From: Promethearchaeota archaeon
GTDB taxonomy: Archaea > Asgardarchaeota > Lokiarchaeia > Sigyniarchaeales > SOKP01
Assembly: GCA_016839555.1 (NCBI GenBank)
Contig: JAEOUA010000012.1
Location: forward strand, 64,001 to 128,000
DNA length: 64,000 nucleotides
Direction: 5' to 3'
The position numbers and the translations under genes were made by a program. Shown piece by piece: positions 51,937-61,405 of the stretch (within the stretch, counting starts at the first letter, position 1; every line of letters starts with the position of its first letter). The notes beneath the pieces are model-generated. The model had not been told where the DNA came from. It saw only the letters and a list, made by a program, of their open reading frames with translations, and did no database searches.

Positions 51937-52227
51937 ATGAGATCAAGAAAACCATTTATTATTATGTGGCCGCAATATTTTGAAGCGAAAAAAACGCGGA
52001 GCGAAGGAAGGCGCCTTCCACAAAATCTAGCTGTCGATAAGATTACGATAAAAGAAATCGTTAATGCTGCAAACAAATTAGGGTATGAAAACCAAGTTGA
52101 ACCCCATTTAAAATATCCGAAAGAATGGTGGGAAACTAGTGGTAGAATCCTTGTTAATACGAAAGGCAAGAAAAAATCAAAAGTATTAAAAGAAATAGCT
52201 AAAGAGATCAGAAAAAGTAGGGGATAG
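51937..52227 (+). CDS. srp19: Signal recognition particle 19 kDa protein
   Basis: WPQYF...KTRSEGRRLP, YPKEWW..SGRILV and KSKVLKEIA motifs. Confidence 0.95.
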   Translation: MRSRKPFIIMWPQYFEAKKTRSEGRRLPQNLAVDKITIKEIVNAANKLGYENQVEPHLKYPKEWWETSGRILVNTKGKKKSKVLKEIAKEIRKSRG

Positions 52228-52238
52228 ATCTAATAGAT

Positions 52239-52610
52239 ATGCATGAATTTGCGTTCGCTCACAAAATTTATAAAATCGCTGAAGAAACAGCAAAGAAATA
52301 TAAAGCAAAAAAAATAACTGTTATTTATTTGGAGATTGGTGAATTAACTCTTATAATTCCAGAATTACTTAGAGAATCGTTTAAAATAGCAACATCAGGG
52401 ACTATTGCAGAAGGAGCTGAGCTAAAAATCGAGATTCTTCCGGGTAAAATAAAATGTAGAGCGTGTGGAAAAATATCAGAAATACAAATTACAAGAGAAG
52501 CAAAATTAACGGGTTTACAACTCTTTCAATGTAAATATTGTAAAAGTAAAAATACAGAAATCATATTTGGAAAGAGCGCCAATGTGAAAAATATTCAAAT
52601 ACAACAATAA
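52239..52610 (+). CDS. hypA: Hydrogenase maturation nickel metallochaperone
   Basis: N-terminal MHE, IGELT, T.AEGA.L and CxxC...CxxC. Confidence 0.92.
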   Translation: MHEFAFAHKIYKIAEETAKKYKAKKITVIYLEIGELTLIIPELLRESFKIATSGTIAEGAELKIEILPGKIKCRACGKISEIQITREAKLTGLQLFQCKYCKSKNTEIIFGKSANVKNIQIQQ

Positions 52611-52635
52611 TAATAGTTTTACGGGAATAAGTAAT

Positions 52636-53013
52636 TTAAATTAAAATACCATTTAATATACCATCTTGCCCAGGTCGGCTTGTAATTTTGACCTTTCCAA
52701 GTTCCGTATCAACAACTGCTCCTTTAGTAAGAATATGTCTACGATTAAGATCTTTAGTAGCTTTATTTTCTTCAAAATCTAATATTTTAACCTTTTGAGT
52801 TTTATGAGTACTTGGATCGGTAACATTTATATGGTTGCTTGAAAATAATTTGAGTTTATGATTTGCTCCCCAAGTTCTTTGACTTTTCTTTCTCTCAACA
52901 CCAATTTTGGTCTCAATTGGCGGTCGCTCTAAGTCTTTTTTTCGTTTTTTATGAAAACGTTTATATTTTTTTCCAGTATATTTTCTTTTACTTCTGTCGG
53001 TATCTCTGGCCAT
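52636..53013 (-). CDS. rps8e: 30S ribosomal protein eS8
   Basis: RSKRKYTG, ILTKGAVVDTELG and TSRPGQDGILN motifs; ATG of MARDT is preferred. Confidence 0.95.
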   Translation of the reverse strand: MARDTDRSKRKYTGKKYKRFHKKRKKDLERPPIETKIGVERKKSQRTWGANHKLKLFSSNHINVTDPSTHKTQKVKILDFEENKATKDLNRRHILTKGAVVDTELGKVKITSRPGQDGILNGILI

Positions 53014-53151
53014 GATATGCCACAATTATTTTTAATATCGTAATATAATTAATATAAAATTTCATAAAAATTTTATCGAAAAAACTAATTAAAGAAGGAA
53101 ATTTTATTTATAATATATTCAAAATAACTATTAATTAATAGCATCTTTTGT

Positions 53152-53814
53152 ATGACTATGATTGAGAAAAATATGAATCTTAAGAAATTAAACTTAGAAA
53201 ATTTGGATGAAGAAACCATCCAGAAGGCAGCTAAAACGGGAACAACAACGGTAGGCTTAATTTATAAAGATGGTGTCATAATTGGAACGGAATCGCAAGC
53301 TACAGCTGGATATGTAGTTGCCTCAAAAGTAGCTCAGAAATTGTTTGAAATTAATAAATTTACAGCAGCTACTATTTCTGGGGGAGTTGCAGATGCGCAA
53401 TATGTTATCAATCAACTTCAAGCATTATCACGATTACGAGAAGTAGAAAAAGGTGTAATTCCTGAACCAAAATATATCGCTAATATTACACGAAATATTC
53501 TCTTTTCTGGTCGATCTTATTATCTTGCGATGATGATAGTAGGAGGATATAGTACTTCTGAAAAGAAAGGAAAATTATATGGAATCGATCTATTAGGAGC
53601 TTTATTTGAGGAGGAAAGTTTTATATCATTTGGTTCCGGCTCTACTTATGCTCTTGGTCTTTTAGAAGCAGATTGGAAACCTGGGCTTTCTGAAGAAGAG
53701 GCCGTTGCTCTTATGAAGAATGCTATAAAAAGTTCTAAAGAACGAGATATTGCTTCTGGCTTTGAAATTCAATTATGTAAAGTTAATGAAAAAGGTTTTA
53801 CCAAAAGCCAATAA
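53152..53814 (+). CDS. psmB: Proteasome beta subunit
   Basis: Propeptide then KTG/TTTVG, GGVADAQ, GSGS and RDIASG motifs. Confidence 0.96.
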   Translation: MTMIEKNMNLKKLNLENLDEETIQKAAKTGTTTVGLIYKDGVIIGTESQATAGYVVASKVAQKLFEINKFTAATISGGVADAQYVINQLQALSRLREVEKGVIPEPKYIANITRNILFSGRSYYLAMMIVGGYSTSEKKGKLYGIDLLGALFEEESFISFGSGSTYALGLLEADWKPGLSEEEAVALMKNAIKSSKERDIASGFEIQLCKVNEKGFTKSQ

Positions 53815-53989
53815 TTTATATTTATTATTTAAATTTCAAATCTCTCTTATTTAAACTTTATTTTTGAGATTTATTGCATTATTTCTTTAAAATAAATTAT
53901 TATACTTAAAATTCTGTTATTAATTGGAGAAAGGAATAATTCTTATATTAAGATCTTAAAATTAGTAAATAGAATTTTTTTTACTCATT

Positions 53990-54478
53990 TTATTTTATAA
54001 TAACCTTTGTTTGAATGAATTCATTATTTAAATACATGAAAGCCTTTAGATCATTATTTTGCGATGCCATTATAGACCATATAACTCCTTTAAATGATTT
54101 TAATCCGCTGTTTTCCAGTCTTTTCATATAATTTTTATCAATTCCGCTGGGATAATTTGAATCACCTGGATGAGAATGAAAAATACTGAGAAGCCCCATA
54201 CTATGTTTTTTATAAGCTTTTGAATAAATTTTGTTTAATGTATCTAAATTATTAATCAAAAACGCAACAGGACTTTTTTTATCGGAGGTTATACATTTGA
54301 TTTTTTTTGCAAGATAATGATAAAAGAAATCATTTTCTTTCTCAGAATTTTCAATTTCTTTTTTCATCCCAAAAATCAAGCCACAAGCCTCATTAGGGGT
54401 GGCTTGTTTTACACATTCAATCGCTTTCTCTAAGATAGTATCAGAGAGAATTAATTTTATATCATTTTCTAATCTCAT
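53990..54478 (-). CDS. JAMM/MPN+ metalloprotease
   Basis: PNEACGLIFG...FHSHP...PSGID (E-x-HxH-x7-S-x2-D). Confidence 0.9.
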   Translation of the reverse strand: MRLENDIKLILSDTILEKAIECVKQATPNEACGLIFGMKKEIENSEKENDFFYHYLAKKIKCITSDKKSPVAFLINNLDTLNKIYSKAYKKHSMGLLSIFHSHPGDSNYPSGIDKNYMKRLENSGLKSFKGVIWSIMASQNNDLKAFMYLNNEFIQTKVIIK

Positions 54479-54491
54479 AAGTAATACAAAC

Positions 54492-55181
54492 TTATTTAAT
54501 TAAAGTTAATGCTGAATTTAAAGTAGCTAATCGAGCGGTTTCAGAATCTTTTCCAAATCCAATAATCACTATATCCTCTTTTTCTAGCTCTGCATTATGA
54601 TCAGTGATTTTTGTTTTAAAATATTTTTGAACTCTTTTACTCAATTTTAATTCTTCATTATTTTGTGAAGCAGAGCTCGCAGGAAATATCAACTCTGAAC
54701 CATTGAATACCAAACAGGTGGCACCAGAACCATTAACTTTTATAGCAGCATCACGCTGTTCTATTCCGCTATTTAATTGTTCCGCTGCATTTTTCACAAG
54801 ACAAAAATAAATCATGTATTTTTCTTTTTCAATTATAATCTCCTCCAAAAATTTTGGATCTCCTTCCTCCAAAATGGGGATTTTTTTCTTAACCTTCTTC
54901 AAAAATTCTAATCCTTTTTCTGTAAGAATGTGCCCTTTTCTCTTATTATCTTCCGCTAATTTTATAAAATTCGTTTTTTCTTTTAATTTATTCACTAAAG
55001 AACGGGCTGTACCTGAACCAATAAGCAAATTTTTTTTTAATTTATATCTCCCGATTCCATCAGGATTTTTTGCAAAAATAATTAATGCTAAAATAATATG
55101 AACGATATCAAATGTGGGTCGAATAGTATCACTCTCAAATAATTTCTTCAGTTCTTCAAATATCTCATTCATATCATTCAT
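54492..55181 (-). CDS. Winged-HTH protein, DUF2111/DUF4443-like
   Basis: IGRYKL...L.IGSGTARSL, GH.LTEKG and GIEQRDAAIKV.GSGAT motifs. Confidence 0.75.
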   Translation of the reverse strand: MNDMNEIFEELKKLFESDTIRPTFDIVHIILALIIFAKNPDGIGRYKLKKNLLIGSGTARSLVNKLKEKTNFIKLAEDNKRKGHILTEKGLEFLKKVKKKIPILEEGDPKFLEEIIIEKEKYMIYFCLVKNAAEQLNSGIEQRDAAIKVNGSGATCLVFNGSELIFPASSASQNNEELKLSKRVQKYFKTKITDHNAELEKEDIVIIGFGKDSETARLATLNSALTLIK

Positions 55182-55371
55182 TTATATAAAATACACTTTC
55201 TATAATAAATTATAGCTAATTTTACATAATTATATTTCCTAATAAAGATTCTAAAAAAGATATTATATTCTATTAAAAAAATTTGAAGATAGATACTGAA
55301 GAAAATAAAAAAAAAAAATAAAAAATTTGATGTAATTAATTAAATTTCTTAATCTTATTTGTTGAGACCCT

Positions 55372-55584
55372 TTAGAAGTATTTAATCGCTATTAGGATAT
55401 CATCTCGGGTGATCTTTTTTCTACCCGCATGTTTAGTCAATCGTAAAGCAACATCAGTTAAATTTTCGGCGCTTTTTTCAAGCCAACTAACTAATTCATC
55501 TACTGCATCTCTTGCAACTATTTCCGCTCCGTTATGCTTCATCAAGCGTCTAATAGGGCTCCAACTTATATATTCTCCTGCCAT
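55372..55584 (-). CDS. Archaeal histone (HMf-like, tailless)
   Basis: PIRRLMK..GA..VA.DA...HAGRKKITRDDI..A histone fold; GGAGG upstream. Confidence 0.93.
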   Translation of the reverse strand: MAGEYISWSPIRRLMKHNGAEIVARDAVDELVSWLEKSAENLTDVALRLTKHAGRKKITRDDILIAIKYF

Positions 55585-56202
55585 TTTATTTTTCCTCCAC
55601 TATTTTTTTAATTTATTATGAAATTATTTTTAATTATAAATTTCTTATAATAACATAGATCTTACCTATATTTAAAGATTATGGTTGTACCTTAATTTTT
55701 ATTGAAAAAAAATTAAAAATGATCAATTTTTTTGTCGAAGATGCACTCTATGATCAAGCTCAGACAAGATACGACAATTTGATCAAATTTTTGATTTCTT
55801 GTAATTCTACGATTTTAATATTATATAAGTTAAATTTAATTATCGTGAAAAGGTATATGCGTAATTAAATTGGATAATAATTGAAAATTTATTTAATATA
55901 ATAACGATGCAATCTATCATTTTTCATATTTTATAAGTTTATTATATCAATATCTTTTTAAAATTTAATCTCCCGCCGAAAAAAAATCATTAAAGTATGA
56001 AATAATAACAATTAAGTTATTAACCAATAATTATTAAATTATGATAATCGTTAAAAATATTTATCTATTAATTCTCGCAATCTCGGACCTTTAATATTTA
56101 AAAACATTATATACATTCTCACTTTTGACCTTGCTTAACAAAAATAATTAATTTTGACTCATAATAATAAATCTTTTTTTCAATATCTTCTAATTAAAAA
56201 TA

Positions 56203-57207
56203 ATGAAAGAAATATATCCCGGCATTTTTTTATCACGGGAAAAAGGCAGCCTTGGTGTAATTAAACCTCCCGAAAACATATATATTTTAGCGGGCAGAAA
56301 TGGGCTGATTTTCGATGCTGGCTATGGAAATATTTGGATTATCAAAAAGTTTTTAAAAGAATTTATAAAACTCAAAAAAATCTATGAAAAAAGAAATAAA
56401 TCTTTCAATATTACGAGAATTTTACCAAGTCATGTACATCCAGATCATTTCTCTGGATTGAAAAGATTGAAAAAATATCTGGGAGTACAAATTATTTTAA
56501 CCCAAAAAATGGCAGAAATTATAAAAAATAAAGAAACTTTCATTCAATATTATGAATCTGCTGATCCTCTAAAAGATGAATATCAAATCAAATCTACAAG
56601 AAATCTTCTTAGTAGCTATCTTCGAAAAATTATCTCACGGCTTTTCTTTAAACTAGTTTACGGATTATCATTTATTAAACAACCCGATATAATCATAGAA
56701 GAAAAGTCAAAAATTAGTATCAACGGTGAAGAATGGGAGATCTTTTCTTCTCCGGGGCATTCAAGCGATCATATCTCGCTTTATAATAAAGAAAAAGGTA
56801 TCTTATTTTCTGGAGATAATATTTTAAGAACCATAACAACCTGGTTAGGTCCTCCAAATTCAAATATAGAACATTATATTCGGTCTATAAAAAAGATTCA
56901 AAAGCTTCCCCACCTTAAGTTAATATTACCTGCTCATGGAAGTCCTATTAATGATCCAAAAAAAAGAATTAAAGAAATCTTATCCCATCGAAAAGAAAGA
57001 ACTGCTCAAGTTTTTAAATTAATTCAAAAAAACCCTGAAAAAGGTATCAGCCCAAATAGCATAATTAAAACGCTTTATCCGCAAGACGGAAGCTTTAAAC
57101 ATGGAGTAGCCCGAGGGTGGTGTTCGTTAACCTTAAAAATGTTAGCCTCTCAGAACCTTGTTTATTATAGAAAAAATGATAAAGAAATAAGGTTTTACCC
57201 TTTCTAA
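56203..57207 (+). CDS. Metallo-beta-lactamase-fold hydrolase
   Basis: SHVHPDH, SPGHS.DH, FSGD and PAHG motifs. Confidence 0.9.
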   Translation: MKEIYPGIFLSREKGSLGVIKPPENIYILAGRNGLIFDAGYGNIWIIKKFLKEFIKLKKIYEKRNKSFNITRILPSHVHPDHFSGLKRLKKYLGVQIILTQKMAEIIKNKETFIQYYESADPLKDEYQIKSTRNLLSSYLRKIISRLFFKLVYGLSFIKQPDIIIEEKSKISINGEEWEIFSSPGHSSDHISLYNKEKGILFSGDNILRTITTWLGPPNSNIEHYIRSIKKIQKLPHLKLILPAHGSPINDPKKRIKEILSHRKERTAQVFKLIQKNPEKGISPNSIIKTLYPQDGSFKHGVARGWCSLTLKMLASQNLVYYRKNDKEIRFYPF

Positions 57208-57349
57208 ATGATATTGTAGCATGTTTAGTATCTCATATTATTTATTATAACTATTACAATCTAAAAGCTTACTAAATATAAGCCTAAAGTATATAATCTT
57301 TACATAGTTTTTTCATATGGATGCATTATCTTATTAAATAACTCTTTTT

Positions 57350-57396
57350 CCATAGCTGCGTGAAAAAATACCTATTTTATGCAGTTATGGTTTTTT
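57350..57396 (+). terminator. Hairpin plus T-tract between convergent genes
   Basis: CCATAGCTGCGTGAAA...TTTTATGCAGTTATGG-TTTTTT; three G-U pairs form only on the + strand RNA. Confidence 0.55.
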
Positions 57397-57487
57397 CTTA
57401 GATTCTACTTTATTGAATTTCTCCTTCTAATCATTAATATGAGAATGGAATAAAAAATATAAGAAATAAAAAAAAAATATGAATTTT

Positions 57488-58927
57488 TTAGAGTTTTCCC
57501 TCTTCTTCTAATTTTTTTAAAAATTTTTTTTCCTTTTCAAGATGGATTTCATGTAATTTCTTCTTTTGTTGTCTCCATTCACTTCCGTCTAAAGGATATT
57601 TAAACATAATTAATGCAGAAATTAATATCAGTATCGCTGGAACGATTGTGAACCCTATCATTATCCCTAAATCTACACTTGATGGTTGAACAAATAAACT
57701 CTCATCAAACCCAAAAGCACCTATTATTAAGAGAAAAAGCCATGGGGCCAGAGAATTTGTGGGTTTCGTAAGTAAAGCATTCATTCCGGCATAGCTAGTT
57801 TCCCTTCTTTTTCCCGTAAGGATTTCATCATTATCTATAATATCAGCCATAATCATCTGATTTGTAATCCAGTAGCCACTGAGCCCTATTCCCATTAATA
57901 TCATGGCAATTATTGCTAGCCCGAAATTCCAGCCGATTATAAATCCCACTATAAAGGCTCCGCTTGTGAAAAATAAACAGAAAATAAATGTCCTTTTCAA
58001 ACCCCATTTTTTTATTAAGCGACTATATACAGGAAAAAATAAGAAAACCATAATGAAAAACAAAAGCAATGGGACCATTGAGAGTATTCCACTAAGATCA
58101 AGCACGAAATCTATGTAATACAAGACTCCATTTGTTAATATAAATTGAGCTATAAGAAATATAAAGTTAGAACATTCAAATATTAAAAATGGTTTATTTT
58201 TCAAGGTTTCAACTAAACTGTCTTTATATCCAAGAGGTTCTTCAGTTATTGCATATTTGTTCTCCTTAATGAAATAACTGCTTATAAAGAGAATAATGCC
58301 TCCGATTATTCCAAAGATTATCATTATTATCCTAAAAATAGAAACTGCTGGATCATTTTGTATTGGTTCATCTCCAGTTAAGAAAAGCGCTGGTAATACA
58401 AAAGAAAGCAACATAGAAAAAGCACTTCCAATTGCTCCGAAAACCATTAAATTTGATCTTGCTTTTTCTGTAATTGCCATTTCTGCTGGAAGACTATAAC
58501 TAATTAAACCGATCATAGTAAATAATGTATCAAAAGTATATAACATGAAAAGTAAATTAAAGAATAACGCTAATTCAGTATTCCCAAATATAGGAAACCA
58601 ACTTAAAATAAATAATGCGGCATAAATAGGAGCCCCAAATCTGATATAAGGCACTCTTCTCCCATATTTTTCTGATCCCGTTCTTTCTTGAATGAATCCA
58701 ATAAGAGGATCATTTATCATATTCCACGCAATAAAGATTAACCATGCTAATCCAGTATAAAAAATATTTAATCCTAATTTAACATTGTAAAAATAAGTAA
58801 ATGTCGTAGCGATTACTAAACTAGAAAAAAATCCACTGGTAAAAGATATTCCACCGAAAGCTAATTTAGAACTAGTTGGTATTTCTTCTTCTATACTTTC
58901 TACATCTGATTTTGTGTTAGAACTCAT
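57488..58927 (-). CDS. MFS transporter, GPH (MelB-like) family
   Basis: WNMINDPLIG, YGRR.PYI and ADIIDNDE.LTGKRRE motifs; about 12 TM segments. Confidence 0.9.
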   Translation of the reverse strand: MSSNTKSDVESIEEEIPTSSKLAFGGISFTSGFFSSLVIATTFTYFYNVKLGLNIFYTGLAWLIFIAWNMINDPLIGFIQERTGSEKYGRRVPYIRFGAPIYAALFILSWFPIFGNTELALFFNLLFMLYTFDTLFTMIGLISYSLPAEMAITEKARSNLMVFGAIGSAFSMLLSFVLPALFLTGDEPIQNDPAVSIFRIIMIIFGIIGGIILFISSYFIKENKYAITEEPLGYKDSLVETLKNKPFLIFECSNFIFLIAQFILTNGVLYYIDFVLDLSGILSMVPLLLFFIMVFLFFPVYSRLIKKWGLKRTFIFCLFFTSGAFIVGFIIGWNFGLAIIAMILMGIGLSGYWITNQMIMADIIDNDEILTGKRRETSYAGMNALLTKPTNSLAPWLFLLIIGAFGFDESLFVQPSSVDLGIMIGFTIVPAILILISALIMFKYPLDGSEWRQQKKKLHEIHLEKEKKFLKKLEEEGKL

Positions 58928-59158
58928 TTTTATCAGTTTTGTTTAAGATATTATTAATATTTAGTTAATATTTTTAATAAAATGATTAATAAATCTTTGT
59001 GTTTCAAATTCTAATAAATTCATCTTTTTTAACTGATTTTTGAAAATACTTAAATTATTGAATGATAATTAATGAACTTTTTATTCTTTAAGGTAAATAT
59101 AATATTAAAAATTATTAATCCCTTTCTTTTTAAAAAAAGAATCTAATTTCTCATAATT

Positions 59159-61357
59159 ATGGGAAGTGAAACTAAAGGTAAAAGTGACAATAAGAGCGAA
59201 ACTGAAGAAGAAATACCAGAGTTCTATAATGATGAATTAATAAAGAAAAATATTATTCTATATCGACAATATCAGGAAAATATTGTAAAAAAATGCCGAA
59301 ACAAAAACTCTTTAGTAGTTCTTCCAACCGGCTTAGGGAAAACAATAATAGGGATAGTATTAATCGCAAAAAGGTTAAAGAAATATAAAACTCACGGAAA
59401 AGTTCTAATAGTAGCTCCGACACGGCCTTTAGTAGCACAGCACTTTTCAAGCTGTGAAAAATTTTTAAATATCCAAAAAGAAAACATTCAATTGCTTACG
59501 GGGAGAATTTCCCCCGAAAAACGAATTGTTCATTTTAATAAAGCGAGAATCATTATTTCAACACCTCAAGTAATAAAAAATGATGTGATGAGAGGGCGTT
59601 ATAGCTTAAATGAAGTGATTTTAACTATTTTTGATGAAGCTCATAGAACTAGGGGAAATTATGCGTATAATTTTCTCTCAAAGGAATATATGGAAAAATG
59701 TAGTGATCCATTAATTCTCGGACTCACGGCTTCTCCTGGAAAGAATTATGAAACCATCCAGGAATTATGTGATAATCTCTATATTGAAAATGTAGTATTT
59801 AAAACATATGATGATAAAGATGTGGAAAGTTATGTCCATAATATAGATATTTTTCTGGAAAAAGTGGAACTTCCCATTAAAATATTAGAAATAAGTCAAA
59901 TTATGGATGATCTTTTTCAAACCTATTTAAGATTCTTTATAGAGCGTGAGTTAATAAATCCCTATAAAACTTATTATTCGAAAGTCGATTTTTTGCATAT
60001 TGCTCAAGATTTAACTTTTTCTTTAAAATATGAGGATTTATTTACAAATGAAGCATGTAAAGAAGAGTTTTTTCAAGAACTACATTTTCATGACCCCCCG
60101 TTAATTACTATTGTTAGAAATAATGAATTAAACATTCATTCTATTTTTTCTTATTGTTCCAGTTGTATCTCCCTTCTACATGCGAAAGAACTATTAGAAA
60201 CCCAGCATATAAGTCTTTTTCAAACATTCTTAAAGAAATTACAATTCAAAGCAGAACATGATAATTTATCTGCTAAAAGAATCATTAATTCAGACCATTT
60301 TAAATTAATTAATTCCCTTATTGAGAAAGAAAATATGCTGGAATTAGATCATCCGAAAATTAATAAACTTCTTAATATAATTAGAGAAGAAATAAAAGAA
60401 TTTCGGAATAATAAAATTCTTGTTTTTACCCAATATCGAGAAATGGCAGATATTTTAAAAAAAGTAATTAACGAAGAATTTGAGAAAAAACTTATTGCTG
60501 AAAAATTCATAGGTCAATCGACGACAATTAATGAACAAGGCTTTTCTCAGAATCAGCAGATTGAAATTCTGAAAGATTTTAGAGAAGATAAAATCAATAT
60601 CTTAGCAGCAACAAGCGTCGCAGAAGAGGGATTAGATATTCCAAATGTAGATGCCATTATTTTTTATGAACCAGTAGCCTCTGAAATTAGGCATATTCAG
60701 AGAAGAGGAAGAACAGGACGGCAATCTCCAGGACGATGCTATATTCTAATAGCCAAAAATAGTTTGGATGTCCCTTTTTTTAAGGTTGCAAACAAAAAAG
60801 AGGATGCCATGAACGCTACTTTAATAGATTCTTCCCAATTAGATTTGGCTAATAATATAAATCGACAAGATATATGTTTCCCACTTAAAAAGGGAGCAAA
60901 AAAAGAATTTGAAATTATTAAAAATTATAGATCAAGAAGAAAAAAGGAAAAAGAATTATTAGCGAATCGCTCTATAGAAAAAATTATCGATAATATTGAT
61001 AAATTTTCCGAAAGTAAGAAATATAATAATTATAAGAACCATGGAATCACTTTTATTACTGATCTCATGCCATTAAATAAAAATAAATTAAAAACTAAGA
61101 TTATGAAAATGAAAAAGAATAATTCTCAAGAGAATAAGCCAAAAAAACAATATCTAAATCATAATGTAAAAACAATCATTAAATTGGTAGATACTTATAG
61201 TAAAAATGGAAAAATATCTTTTAATAAATTAAAGGAACTTGCCGAATTTGAGGATATTGTAGACAAGAAATTTTATATACATTTTAATCGAGCATGCTAT
61301 TTACATTATATTAAAAAAGAGGGAGAATTTGTGTATTTTTTAAAGTATTATGAATGA
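59159..61357 (+). CDS. Hef/FANCM/Mph1-like DEAH helicase
   Basis: RQYQ, LPTGLGKT, DEAHR, LTASPG, ATSVAEEGLDIP and QRRGRTGR motifs. Confidence 0.92.
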   Translation: MGSETKGKSDNKSETEEEIPEFYNDELIKKNIILYRQYQENIVKKCRNKNSLVVLPTGLGKTIIGIVLIAKRLKKYKTHGKVLIVAPTRPLVAQHFSSCEKFLNIQKENIQLLTGRISPEKRIVHFNKARIIISTPQVIKNDVMRGRYSLNEVILTIFDEAHRTRGNYAYNFLSKEYMEKCSDPLILGLTASPGKNYETIQELCDNLYIENVVFKTYDDKDVESYVHNIDIFLEKVELPIKILEISQIMDDLFQTYLRFFIERELINPYKTYYSKVDFLHIAQDLTFSLKYEDLFTNEACKEEFFQELHFHDPPLITIVRNNELNIHSIFSYCSSCISLLHAKELLETQHISLFQTFLKKLQFKAEHDNLSAKRIINSDHFKLINSLIEKENMLELDHPKINKLLNIIREEIKEFRNNKILVFTQYREMADILKKVINEEFEKKLIAEKFIGQSTTINEQGFSQNQQIEILKDFREDKINILAATSVAEEGLDIPNVDAIIFYEPVASEIRHIQRRGRTGRQSPGRCYILIAKNSLDVPFFKVANKKEDAMNATLIDSSQLDLANNINRQDICFPLKKGAKKEFEIIKNYRSRRKKEKELLANRSIEKIIDNIDKFSESKKYNNYKNHGITFITDLMPLNKNKLKTKIMKMKKNNSQENKPKKQYLNHNVKTIIKLVDTYSKNGKISFNKLKELAEFEDIVDKKFYIHFNRACYLHYIKKEGEFVYFLKYYE

Positions 61358-61405
61358 TTTTTGTGAAAATATAGGAAAAAAGATAATTAATTTATAAAAA
61401 ACCTC

